A stretch of 62,381 nucleotides of DNA, counting the filler, from Nitrospirae bacterium MYbin3 (GTDB taxonomy: Bacteria > Nitrospirota > Thermodesulfovibrionia > Thermodesulfovibrionales > Dissulfurispiraceae): the NCBI GenBank assembly GCA_002753335.1. It is 3 parts of 3 records of this genome, joined end to end, with 100 filler letters (N's around TTAATTAATTAA, not from the genome) between each part and the next. Parts side by side here need not be neighbours in the genome. Positions count along the whole stretch, not along the records: positions 24,326 to 47,939 come from PEAD01000036.1; 2 more parts are not named here. One strand, given 5' to 3'. The notes beneath the pieces are model-generated. The model ran no database searches. It saw only the letters and a list, made by a program, of their open reading frames with translations, and was not told where the DNA came from. Position 1 is the stretch's first letter. Each line of letters opens with the position of its first letter. Positions 36,747-45,909 of the stretch are shown here, piece after piece. The position numbers were made by a program, and so were the translations under genes.

Positions 36747-37979
36747 TTATCTTTTCAGCCACTGGCGCGGGTCGAGAGGCTTGCCTTTATAGCGAAGCTC
36801 AAAATAAAGACCGGACGTCCCGAGAGTTGTGGACTCTCCTACCGAACCGAGGGTTTCATTTTCTTTTATTATAGCCCCTTTAGAAGAAAAAATTCTTGCA
36901 AGGTTTCCATATAGAGTATGATAGTTGCCGCCGTGACTTATTATTACAAGCTGACCGTATCCTTTGAACTCCTCTGCAAAAACCACTTTGCCTTCCGCAA
37001 CAGCCTTAACTGTCGAACCGTGCGCAGCTTTAATATGTATACCGCTCCTGAATACCGGCAGATTGAACAACGGATCCATCTGCGTTCCGTATTGTATAGC
37101 AACGGTGCCGTTTGCAGGCCAAGGAAGCCTGCCTTTAAGCCGTCCAAAAGTACTGTCATCCTCAGGCTCTTCTTCTTTTACTCCGGGCTTAACCTTCTTT
37201 GTCCTTTTCTTTTTTGTCTCTTTTTCATGCTGTTCAGAATCCTGAATTATTCTCAAAAGTTTTTGCGATGACTCCTGAAGCTCGCGTATCATCTGTTGGT
37301 ATGATTTTTTTTCTTTGCGCACGCTTACAAGCAGGGTCTCACGTTCAGCCTTTTTATGCTTCAACGACTCTTCCATTGCCGAAAGTTTTTTCTCTTCAGA
37401 CTTAAGCTCGGATGAAAGCCGCTTAAGCTTTTCCTGTTTATCATCCAAGACGCGGACAGTTTCCTGGTATTTTTCTATGATTTTCCTGTCATGACGTGAA
37501 ATGTCATTGAAGTATTTTGTTATCCTTAGGGTTTTTGCTTCATCCAGACCGCTTATAATAACGAGCAGCGCATCATTGCTCTTATGCAGTCTTTGCAGCG
37601 CCCTGAGCCTTTTTTTAAGGTAATCGGCCTGCGTCTGAATGCCTTTTTTGTTTGCCTCGATATCTTCCTGAACCGCAATTATCGCAGCCTGTATTTTTTT
37701 TGTTTTTTTGCGCTGCGCCGAAAGCTGTTCTTCAATGTTGTTCAGCTCCGAAGTGGTCTTGCGCAGTTCCTCCAAAACAGAACGCTCCATACGGTTTGCG
37801 GATTCGAGTTTTTTTCTCTGCGTCTGGAGGTCTTTTTGAATCTGCTTGTACTCATCCTGAGGATTTTTTGAGTGAGCTCCGACAGGAAAGAAAAACAGGG
37901 TGAAAATTATCGAAGAGGCAACTGATAGAAATAGCGCAGTCGGCATTTTCACCGCATCGCCGATTTTGTTTTTGTGCAT
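36747..37979 (-). CDS. envC: EnvC-like coiled-coil M23 murein hydrolase activator
   Basis: Long coiled coil plus degenerate LytM domain (LPWPANG, GYGQLVII, LYFELR); follows ftsEX. Confidence 0.88.
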   Translation of the reverse strand: MHKNKIGDAVKMPTALFLSVASSIIFTLFFFPVGAHSKNPQDEYKQIQKDLQTQRKKLESANRMERSVLEELRKTTSELNNIEEQLSAQRKKTKKIQAAIIAVQEDIEANKKGIQTQADYLKKRLRALQRLHKSNDALLVIISGLDEAKTLRITKYFNDISRHDRKIIEKYQETVRVLDDKQEKLKRLSSELKSEEKKLSAMEESLKHKKAERETLLVSVRKEKKSYQQMIRELQESSQKLLRIIQDSEQHEKETKKKRTKKVKPGVKEEEPEDDSTFGRLKGRLPWPANGTVAIQYGTQMDPLFNLPVFRSGIHIKAAHGSTVKAVAEGKVVFAEEFKGYGQLVIISHGGNYHTLYGNLARIFSSKGAIIKENETLGSVGESTTLGTSGLYFELRYKGKPLDPRQWLKR

Positions 37980-38005
37980 AGTGCAGGTCTCATAAGGAAG
38001 CGGAC

Positions 38006-38881
38006 CTAAAGCCTTATTCTCCCTATCGCTATGGCTGCACCTATAATGCCGAGTATTATGCCTATTATAGGCAGCGCGACAAGGATCTCAACAGGGAATA
38101 CGAGGGTTTTCAGCATAGGTATTACGCGGCTAAGCCGGTAAGTTATGGCAAAATAAAACATAAGGGCCATGCCCAGGCCAAGCAGTCCGCCGGAGAAGCC
38201 TATTATTCCACCCTCTATTAAAAATGGGCCTCGTATAAACCCGCCTGTGGCTCCCAGCAGTTTAATTATATCTATCTCATTTTTCTTGCGGTAAAAAAGA
38301 ATTTTTACCGTGCTGTACATTACAAACACCACACCGAACGAGATGGTCAGGAATATTATTATGCTTATATTTTCAAGGGAGCGGCGCAGCCTATATATGG
38401 CCTCAGCGATCTTTTCTCCGTAAAACACATCATCAACTCCGCTTATGCTCTTTATGTTTTCTGCAATCTGCTTGGTGCCTGAAGTTGATATGAAATCACG
38501 CTTTAGTTTAAGTTCTATAGAGGCTGCAAGCGGGTTTTCATCAAGACCTTCGAGGACGTTTCCTGAATCTTTGAGCGCCTGTTTAAGCTCGTTCATCGCA
38601 TCTTCACGCGACATATAAGTAAGGCCCATTACATCCTGTCTTTGTTTTATGGTGCTTATTACACCATCTATTTCCTCTTTCGAAAGTTCTTTGTTTAGAT
38701 ATACTATCATCGAAAATCTTTCCGGAATTCGGGTTGCCACCAGTTCAACATTATAGAGGAAAAATGATGTGAGGGTAATTATAAACAGGCTCGAACCAAC
38801 CGTAAGAGTTGAAAGCAGATTTATCCATTTCTCTCTCCAGATGCTCCGGCATGCTGATTTGAACGAATATGGAAGAGCCAT
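38006..38881 (-). CDS. ftsX: cell division permease FtsX
   Basis: TM - periplasmic domain (ENPL) - 3 TM, EIDIIKLLGAT..FIRGPF..EG. Confidence 0.92.
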   Translation of the reverse strand: MALPYSFKSACRSIWREKWINLLSTLTVGSSLFIITLTSFFLYNVELVATRIPERFSMIVYLNKELSKEEIDGVISTIKQRQDVMGLTYMSREDAMNELKQALKDSGNVLEGLDENPLAASIELKLKRDFISTSGTKQIAENIKSISGVDDVFYGEKIAEAIYRLRRSLENISIIIFLTISFGVVFVMYSTVKILFYRKKNEIDIIKLLGATGGFIRGPFLIEGGIIGFSGGLLGLGMALMFYFAITYRLSRVIPMLKTLVFPVEILVALPIIGIILGIIGAAIAIGRIRL

Positions 38882-39543
38882 TATCCTGCCTCCTCGCCGA
38901 TTATGGTTCCGGAATCAAGTTTAAGTACACGCTTGCCGGTATTTCTGAAAAGCTCTCGATTGTGGGTTGCAATAAGTATAGTGGTGCCCTGAATGTTAAT
39001 ATCCTTAAAGAGCCTAACAATATCCACCGCTGTATTGGGGTCTAGGTTTCCTGTAGGTTCATCCGCAAGTATTACCTTTGGCTCGGCAGCTATTGCCCGT
39101 GCGATAACAACCCTCTGCTGTTCTCCTCCAGATAGGCTTTTAGGATAGCTCTCGGCCTTGTGTCGCAGATAAACAAGTTTTAATGCTTCTGAAACTACAT
39201 TTCTGATGTCCTTTTCTGGAACACGTCTTATCCTTAGCGCAAGCGCCACATTGTCATATATCGTCTGGTTGTTTATAAGCTTAAAGTCCTGAAACACAAC
39301 ACCTACACTTCTTCTGAGTTTGGGAATCCTGGCATTGCTAAGAGAGGCAAGATGAAAATCGCCTACAGTTATATCTCCTTCGTCAGGCCTTTCGGCAAGA
39401 TACATAAGCTTAAGCAGGGTTGACTTGCCGGCGCCGCTCGGTCCGGTGATAAAAATCATTTCGCCTTTTTCTATGTCGAGCGAAACATTTTTTAAAACAG
39501 TATGGTTGTCGTAAAATTTCGAAACATTATTAAAACGTATCAT
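38881..39543 (-). CDS. ftsE: cell division ATPase FtsE (alternative start 39567)
   Basis: GPSGAGKST, VVFQDFKL, LSGGEQQRV, LADEPTGNLD. Confidence 0.93.
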   Translation of the reverse strand: MIRFNNVSKFYDNHTVLKNVSLDIEKGEMIFITGPSGAGKSTLLKLMYLAERPDEGDITVGDFHLASLSNARIPKLRRSVGVVFQDFKLINNQTIYDNVALALRIRRVPEKDIRNVVSEALKLVYLRHKAESYPKSLSGGEQQRVVIARAIAAEPKVILADEPTGNLDPNTAVDIVRLFKDINIQGTTILIATHNRELFRNTGKRVLKLDSGTIIGEEAG

Positions 39544-39563
39544 AGCCCCTGCTGTTTTTTCGC

Positions 39564-40550
39564 TCATTTACCTAGCGCCTCCTTAACAGCTGCCGCTATG
39601 CTGTCAGCAGTAAGCCCGAACATCTTTAAAAGTTCTTTTGGAGAACCGGAGCAGCCAAAAGTGTCTTTAGTGCCAATTCTTACAATCTTTATAGGGCAAT
39701 ACTCGGCAAGATATTCTGCAACGGCTCCGCCGAGTCCGCCAATCACCGAATGTTCTTCAGCTGTCACTACTACCTGACAGGATTTTGCAGCATCCAGCAA
39801 TGCGTCGGTATCCAAAGGCTTTACTGTCGGCATGCTTATAACACCTGCATCTATTCCGGATTCGGCAAGCATCTTCTTTGCTTCGAGTGCGGCCGAAACC
39901 ATAATTCCATTGGCTACTATATTTGCGTCTTTACCTTTTGAAAATACGTAAGCTTTTCCTATTTCGAAACGATAATTTTCGGGCATGACCGCCGGAACCT
40001 TAGCTCTTCCCAACTTCACATAAACAGGTCCGACAAAATCGGCTATCCTGTCTATAACCTGCTTGGTTTCATAACCGTCCGCAGGAACAATTACTGTCAT
40101 GTTCGGAATTACGCGCATCAATGCAATATCTTCCAAGGCCTGATGCGATGCGCCATCCTCACCAACTGTTATACCGCCGTGAGTAGCCACAAGCTTCACG
40201 TTGAGGTTTGAATAGCTTATTGTCTGTCTTATCTGATCCCAGGCCCGGCCTGTTTCAAAAATTGCAAAAGTGGATGCAAAAGGTATTTTATCCGTGAGAG
40301 ATAAACCTCCGGCTGTGCCTACAAGGTCTTGCTCTGCGATGCCCATATTGAAAAATCTTTCCGGAAAAACTTTTTTGAAATTTGCGGTTTTGGTAGAGCC
40401 TGAGAGGTCGGCATCAAGCACAACCACTTTTTCATTGCGCCTGCCGAGAGCTAAAAGAGCGGCTCCGTAAGCATCCCGCGTAGCTGTATCCTGCCCGAAA
40501 AAATCGTCGCGCTGTTCTGTCTGAGCTGTTTTATCATCTCTGCTTCCCAT
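39564..40550 (-). CDS. transketolase C-terminal subunit
   Basis: ATRDAYG, DADLSGST, GIAEQD, GEDGASHQ, EEHSVIGGLG. Confidence 0.92.
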   Translation of the reverse strand: MGSRDDKTAQTEQRDDFFGQDTATRDAYGAALLALGRRNEKVVVLDADLSGSTKTANFKKVFPERFFNMGIAEQDLVGTAGGLSLTDKIPFASTFAIFETGRAWDQIRQTISYSNLNVKLVATHGGITVGEDGASHQALEDIALMRVIPNMTVIVPADGYETKQVIDRIADFVGPVYVKLGRAKVPAVMPENYRFEIGKAYVFSKGKDANIVANGIMVSAALEAKKMLAESGIDAGVISMPTVKPLDTDALLDAAKSCQVVVTAEEHSVIGGLGGAVAEYLAEYCPIKIVRIGTKDTFGCSGSPKELLKMFGLTADSIAAAVKEALGK

Positions 40551-40551
40551 A

Positions 40552-41382
40552 TTAACTCAACTCCTTTAACGCTTTTTCAAGTTCTTCTGCGGTAGGTGCA
40601 AGGCCATGGTATTCGGCTTTGCCTTCGAATATAGAAACGCCCTTGCCTTTAATTGTCCGTGCAATAAGAACAGACGGTTTCCCTTTTAGTTTTTCGGCAT
40701 CATCAAGCGCATCAACTATCGCCTTCATATCGTGGCCGTCAATGTCATAGACATGCCATCCGAATGCTTTCCATTTATCCGCAACAGGCTCAACCTTCAT
40801 CACGTCGCAGCATCTGCCGTCTATCTGAAGCCCATTCACATCAACAACAGCGCATAGATTGTCCAGGAAATAATGGCTCGCACTCATCGCGGCTTCCCAT
40901 ATCTGACCTTCCTGAGTTTCTCCGTCACCCATAAGGCAATAAACCCGTGAAGTTCTGTTATCGAGTCTCAGGCCAAGAGCCATGCCGTTTGATATCGAAA
41001 GGCCCTGTCCGAGAGAGCCTGTCGAAACTTCAACTCCCTGCAGCAGCTTTGATGACGGATGCCCCTGCAGCTTGCTTCCAACTTTTCTTAGTGTGGATAG
41101 CATTGATGTCTCAAAATACCCTGAGAGGGCAAGAACTGTATAAAGAAGAGGAGCTGCATGCCCTTTTGAAAGAACAAACCTGTCCCTGTCGATCCACTTA
41201 GGGTTGTCAGGTCTATGGTTCATCTTGTAGAAAAAAAGTGCGGTTGCAATATCAGCAGCAGAAAGAGATCCGCCAGTATGGCCCGACCCTGAAATAGTAA
41301 GCATTTTCAGAATCTCAATTCTTACTTGGCGCGCCTGCTCTTCGAGAAAAGCTATGTCGCGCGACTGTTTCATAAAACTCAT
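40552..41382 (-). CDS. transketolase N-terminal subunit
   Basis: GHTGGSLS, LSKGHAAP, LQGHP, TGSLGQG, TPP motif GDGE..EG. Confidence 0.93.
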   Translation of the reverse strand: MSFMKQSRDIAFLEEQARQVRIEILKMLTISGSGHTGGSLSAADIATALFFYKMNHRPDNPKWIDRDRFVLSKGHAAPLLYTVLALSGYFETSMLSTLRKVGSKLQGHPSSKLLQGVEVSTGSLGQGLSISNGMALGLRLDNRTSRVYCLMGDGETQEGQIWEAAMSASHYFLDNLCAVVDVNGLQIDGRCCDVMKVEPVADKWKAFGWHVYDIDGHDMKAIVDALDDAEKLKGKPSVLIARTIKGKGVSIFEGKAEYHGLAPTAEELEKALKELS

Positions 41383-41555
41383 TTTCCCCCCTCTTTCAGA
41401 AAAAAACTTGTTTATTATAAATGACCGGCCGGTAAAAAGTCGAAAGATATAAATATATTTTTTAAGCTTTTTTTACAAAATTAACTTGAAGTTTTTTTTG
41501 CCGATGAGTTAACGTACTTAAAATTAAATTTTATTTCAAAGAAGGAGAACTGATA

Positions 41556-41705
41556 ATGGCAACAGCAAAAAAGGCAGTAAAGAAAGCGGCACCGAAAAAA
41601 GCAGCGGCCAAGAAGCCGGCAGCAAAGAAAGCGGCACCGAAAAAAGCAGCGGCCAAGAAACCGGCAGCAAAAAAAGCAGCACCGAAGAAGGCAGCTAAGA
41701 AATAA
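41556..41705 (+). CDS. 49-aa Lys/Ala/Pro-rich histone H1-like protein (absent from the ORF track)
   Basis: SD AAGGAG then MATAKKAVKKAAPKKAAAKKPAAKKAAPKKAAAKKPAAKKAAPKKAAKK*, followed by a hairpin. Confidence 0.85.
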   Translation: MATAKKAVKKAAPKKAAAKKPAAKKAAPKKAAAKKPAAKKAAPKKAAKK

Positions 41706-41739
41706 CATTTCAACCTATTCTGGTTTTAGGTCTAACAGT

Positions 41740-41780
41740 TTTAAAGAGGAGGCCGACGATATGTCAGCCTCCTCTTTAAA
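41740..41780 (+). terminator. hairpin/terminator after the histone-like gene
   Basis: tttaaagaggaggc ... gcctcctctttaaa 14-bp inverted repeat. Confidence 0.7.
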
Positions 41781-41800
41781 TTTATGGAGACAATCTTAAA

Positions 41801-44263
41801 GTGGGTGCTTATCAAACTATGAACTTTTCTAATTTTCAAAAACCTAGCAGGTATATAAACAGCGAAATCAACTCGATTAAAAAATCGGGGGAAGAGAGGC
41901 TAAAATTCGGACTCTGTTTCCCTGACACCTATGAAGTGGGTATGTCCCACTTGGGGCTCCGCATACTTTATATGATAATCAACGGACTGCCCTATGCAGC
42001 AGCAGAAAGATTTTTTGCGCCTTGGCCCGACCTTGAAGATTATATGAAAAGAAATAACGCGCCCTTGTCTTCGCTTGAATCAGGAGACTCCCTCGGACGC
42101 TTTGATATAGCCGGCTTCAGCCTTCAGTACGAACTTTGCTATACCACGGTTTTAAACATGCTTCATTTAGGAGGCATCCCGGTGCGTTCGGAGGAAAGGC
42201 TGAATTCAAAAAAACATTATCCTCTTATCGTCGCAGGCGGACCTTGCACCGTGAATCCTGCGCCGATGTCCCAGTTTATAGATGCTTTTCTTATAGGCGA
42301 CGGCGAGGATGCCGTTGTTGAGCTTTGCGAAGCGGTTTTTAACTGGAAGTGCAGCGGCAGCAATGACAGAGAACTATTGCTGAAAGCGGTCTCAAAGATA
42401 GAAGGGTTTTATGTGCCTTCTTTGCATAAAGAGAACGATCGCATCAAAAGAAGATTTATTTCGAACCTTGATGATGCTCCATACCCTTTGGCGCCTGTGG
42501 TGCCTTTTACATCCATAGTCCATGACAGGGTTACTATCGAAGTGTCGCGCGGATGCTCGATGGGCTGCAGATTCTGCCAGGCAGGAATGATCTACAGACC
42601 TCTAAGAGAACGCAGCCCCGAGAAAGTTATCGAGATAGCGGAGCAATCATTAAAGAATACAGGCTACGATGAAATATCATTTACATCCTTAAGCGCAGGC
42701 GACTACCCCCATTTATTGCAGGTTATAAAAGAATGCAACAAGCGTTTTATCGATTCACGCATAGCGCTATCGCTGCCTTCGCTTCGGGTTGGAGCCGTAA
42801 ACCGCGATGTGCTCAGAGAAATTCGCTCTATAAGAAAAACCGGCTTTACTATGGCGCCAGAAGCGGCAACCGACAGGCTAAGGAATGTCATCAATAAAGA
42901 CTTTACCGAAACGGACTATGAAAATGCACTTAAAACCTTGTTTGAAGAAGGTTGGCTTACACTTAAAATGTATTTCATGATAGGGCTTCCGACAGAGCAG
43001 GATGAAGACATAGAGGCTATTCAACAAATGGCAATGAATGCCTTGAAGACCGCCAAATCACAAACCGGCAAGTTTGTAAACATCAGTGTGACGGTTTCTC
43101 CGTTTGTGCCAAAGCCACACACCCCTTTCCAGTGGCATGGACAGGCGCCGTTTCAGGATATAGGACAAAAGCTCTCTTTTTTAAGAAACTCATTCGGCAA
43201 GAAAAAACTTAAGTACAAAGGTCATGACGAAAGAGCGAGCATGCTCGAAGCCGTATTCGCAAGAGGCGATGCAAAACTCGGAGACTTGATAGAAAAGGCA
43301 TGGGGGCTCGGCTGCAGGCTTGACGGCTGGTCAGAGTTTTTTGATTTTGGAAAATGGACCGAAGCTATGGAAAAGAGCGGCATAGACGGATTTCAGTATG
43401 CCTGCCGCAGTTTTGCTAAAGAGGACAAGCTTCCGTGGGACGTCATAGATACAGGCATCAAAAAAGATTTTCTTTATGGTGAATATGAACGCGCAATCTC
43501 TTCCGAAAAAACATCTGACTGCAAAAAAAGCTGTTCGGGTTGTGGGCTTAAATGCGTGCCGGACGGAAAAACTTCGGACAAAACCTTTGAGCCGATCTTT
43601 TTAAGGACAGAAAAAAAACAAACCTGTCTGCCAAAAATCAGAGTCCGTTCTCTATTTTCGAAAACCGGCAGGATGCGCCACCTTTCTCATTTAGAGCTTA
43701 TTACCGCAATGCTCAGGGCGCTTAGGCGGGCGGACATTAAGCCTGATTTCAGTCAGGGATTTCACCCTTCCCCGAAAGTTTCTTTCTGCCCGCCGCTTAG
43801 CGTAGGCGTTGCAGGAGAGCGTGAATATTTTGATATGGAGGTTTTCACGCCCTTTGATATACAATTCTCCATGCAGAAACTGAACAATACTTTGCCTGAA
43901 GGCATTCGCATAGGGGGCATGGCGAGCATTCCGTTCAATGCCCCGTCCCTTACAAAATTCATTTCGAGATACGAATACCGAATAGCGGGCTTTGAAGCTG
44001 CCGATTTTGCAAGCGAAAGATTCATCTGTCCCATCGAAAAACTTATTGTTCAAAGAGAAGGCAAGGATGTCGATATCGCGCCTTGCATCGAAAATATTAC
44101 GAAAGAAAACGACTCTCTCCGGCTTGTGCTTAAAGATTCTGAAACCCTAAAGGTGCGCGTCGGAGAAATCGTTCAAGCCCTGCTCGGTAAAAGCACAGGA
44201 AGCCTCGACATTACGAGAACCGCGCTTTATGGATGGGACAACGAATGGAAGGAGCCTCAATGA
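41801..44263 (+). CDS. B12-binding radical SAM protein fused to radical-SAM-linked domain (TIGR03960/TIGR03936-type)
   Basis: FPDTYEVGMSHLG, CSMGCRFC, FMIGLPTE, PFVPKPHTPFQW; C-domain LSHLEL..FSQGFHPSPK; usual position upstream of rng. Confidence 0.88.
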   Translation: MGAYQTMNFSNFQKPSRYINSEINSIKKSGEERLKFGLCFPDTYEVGMSHLGLRILYMIINGLPYAAAERFFAPWPDLEDYMKRNNAPLSSLESGDSLGRFDIAGFSLQYELCYTTVLNMLHLGGIPVRSEERLNSKKHYPLIVAGGPCTVNPAPMSQFIDAFLIGDGEDAVVELCEAVFNWKCSGSNDRELLLKAVSKIEGFYVPSLHKENDRIKRRFISNLDDAPYPLAPVVPFTSIVHDRVTIEVSRGCSMGCRFCQAGMIYRPLRERSPEKVIEIAEQSLKNTGYDEISFTSLSAGDYPHLLQVIKECNKRFIDSRIALSLPSLRVGAVNRDVLREIRSIRKTGFTMAPEAATDRLRNVINKDFTETDYENALKTLFEEGWLTLKMYFMIGLPTEQDEDIEAIQQMAMNALKTAKSQTGKFVNISVTVSPFVPKPHTPFQWHGQAPFQDIGQKLSFLRNSFGKKKLKYKGHDERASMLEAVFARGDAKLGDLIEKAWGLGCRLDGWSEFFDFGKWTEAMEKSGIDGFQYACRSFAKEDKLPWDVIDTGIKKDFLYGEYERAISSEKTSDCKKSCSGCGLKCVPDGKTSDKTFEPIFLRTEKKQTCLPKIRVRSLFSKTGRMRHLSHLELITAMLRALRRADIKPDFSQGFHPSPKVSFCPPLSVGVAGEREYFDMEVFTPFDIQFSMQKLNNTLPEGIRIGGMASIPFNAPSLTKFISRYEYRIAGFEAADFASERFICPIEKLIVQREGKDVDIAPCIENITKENDSLRLVLKDSETLKVRVGEIVQALLGKSTGSLDITRTALYGWDNEWKEPQ

Positions 44264-45768
44264 GCTCAGAACTGGTTATAAATGTAACAAGAGAGGAGAG
44301 CAGGGTCGCATTGCTCGAAAACGGACAGGTGGTCGAGCTTTACATCGAACGGAAGCGCGATGCAAGCCTGGTCGGCAATATCTATAAAGGCAAGGTGCTC
44401 AAAATACTTCCGGGCATGCAGTCAGCCTTCGTTGATATTGGCCTTGAGAAAGCGGCGTTTCTCTACGTAGCGGATATAATGCCCGAAATGGATGAATTTT
44501 ATTCGGCATTCTTGGATGACAGCAGTGATAAGATGGATCTCGACATGCCCTTTAATCAAGGCATTCGGCCGTCGTCTATAGATGAAATCATTCAAGAGGG
44601 GCAAGAGCTTATTGTACAGGTATCGAAAGATCCTATCGGTTCAAAAGGCGCGCGTGTAACTTCCTATGTCACCCTTCCGGGCATATACATAGTGCTTATG
44701 CCTAATGTTGAGCATGTCGGGATTTCCCGCAGAATAGAGGATGAAGAAACACGTATGCAGCTTAAGGTTATTGCTGACGAAATCAAACCCAAGGGGTTCG
44801 GTCTTATCATGAGAACTGCAAGCGAAGACGCAACACGGGAAGAAATAAAAAACGATGTCGAATTTTTGCTTCTGCTCTGGGAAAACATTCATAAGAAAAG
44901 CGAAAAAATCGCGGCTCCGAATATGCTATACAACGACCTTGATCTTGTCTTCAGAAGCGTTCGTGATTTCATGGGTCATACTGTGGAGCGTCTTGTAATA
45001 GATTCCGCCGAAGAGTATGATCGGGTCAAGGACTTCGTAAAGACCTATTTCCCGCGCTTGGTTGACAAGGTGGAGCTTTATGAAGACCGGGAGCCTATTT
45101 TCGATTCCTTTGCACTGGAACTCGATATATCCCGTGCACTCGGCCGACGCGTGTGGTTGAAATCGGGCGGCTATATAGTTATTGACCAGACCGAGGCGAT
45201 GACCGTAATTGATGTAAATACAGGCAAGTTCGTGGGCAAGGAAAACCTAGAAGACACTATTTTAAAGACCAACCTCGAGGCTGTAAAAGAAATTGCGTAT
45301 CAGACAAGGCTTCGCAATTTAGGCGGCATAATAATCATAGACTTTATTGATATGGAAAAGCAGAACAACAGGGAAAAAGTATTCAATGCTTTTGTAGAGG
45401 TGATGAAACGGGATAGGGCGAAGAATACAATTTATAACATTTCAGAGCTCGGAACAATACAGATGACGCGGAAGCGAGTTCGTGAAAGCCTCGGCAGGGT
45501 TCTCTGCGATCAATGCCCGTATTGTGAGGGCAAGGGCTTTATAAAATCTCCGCAAACCATAGCATTCGAGATATTCAGAAAGATAAAGAAGATGAACCTG
45601 CCATCAGGGTCCAAAGCCATCATAAAAGCAAGCCCCACAGTCGCAGAACTCCTTTCGGATGAAGAGCGGCAGACTCTGGAAGAAATCGAGAACACCTGCA
45701 AGATAAAACTTATTATCAAGGAAGAGCAGGGACTGCATCAGGAAAACTACACAATTGAGGCGGTCTAA
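44260..45768 (+). CDS. rng: ribonuclease G (Rne/Rng family)
   Basis: S1 domain GNIYKGKV..PGMQSAFVDIG, IDVNTG, RLRNLGGIIIIDFIDM, CPYCEG; ATG 44260 overlaps upstream TGA. Confidence 0.94.
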   Translation: MSSELVINVTREESRVALLENGQVVELYIERKRDASLVGNIYKGKVLKILPGMQSAFVDIGLEKAAFLYVADIMPEMDEFYSAFLDDSSDKMDLDMPFNQGIRPSSIDEIIQEGQELIVQVSKDPIGSKGARVTSYVTLPGIYIVLMPNVEHVGISRRIEDEETRMQLKVIADEIKPKGFGLIMRTASEDATREEIKNDVEFLLLLWENIHKKSEKIAAPNMLYNDLDLVFRSVRDFMGHTVERLVIDSAEEYDRVKDFVKTYFPRLVDKVELYEDREPIFDSFALELDISRALGRRVWLKSGGYIVIDQTEAMTVIDVNTGKFVGKENLEDTILKTNLEAVKEIAYQTRLRNLGGIIIIDFIDMEKQNNREKVFNAFVEVMKRDRAKNTIYNISELGTIQMTRKRVRESLGRVLCDQCPYCEGKGFIKSPQTIAFEIFRKIKKMNLPSGSKAIIKASPTVAELLSDEERQTLEEIENTCKIKLIIKEEQGLHQENYTIEAV

Positions 45769-45795
45769 ATCCGTGCTGGCCGAAGTGCTACCGAT

Positions 45796-45825
45796 TTGAC
45801 AACCTTCACGTTTTTTTGATTAAAT
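45796..45825 (+). promoter_or_regulatory. putative sigma70 promoter of tRNA-Asn
   Basis: TTGACA-18nt-TTAAAT (with TGn) just upstream of the tRNA. Confidence 0.45.
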
Positions 45826-45833
45826 ATCCGGAT

Positions 45834-45909
45834 TCCCGGGTAGCTCAGCCGGCAGAGCAGGTGGCTGTTAACCACCCTGTCGGGGGTTCGAATCCCTCCT
45901 CGGGAGCCA
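45834..45909 (+). tRNA. tRNA-Asn (GTT)
   Basis: Cloverleaf: acceptor TCCCGGG/CTCGGGA, D arm GCTC/GAGC, anticodon arm GGTGG-CTGTTAA-CCACC, T loop TTCGAAT, encoded CCA; 76 nt. Confidence 0.97.

Noticed and set aside
41481..41713. Two minus-strand ORFs rich in Cys/Phe/Arg or Ala/Phe
   Set aside because: Antisense shadows of the Lys/Ala repeat gene, which has the SD and terminator on the plus strand
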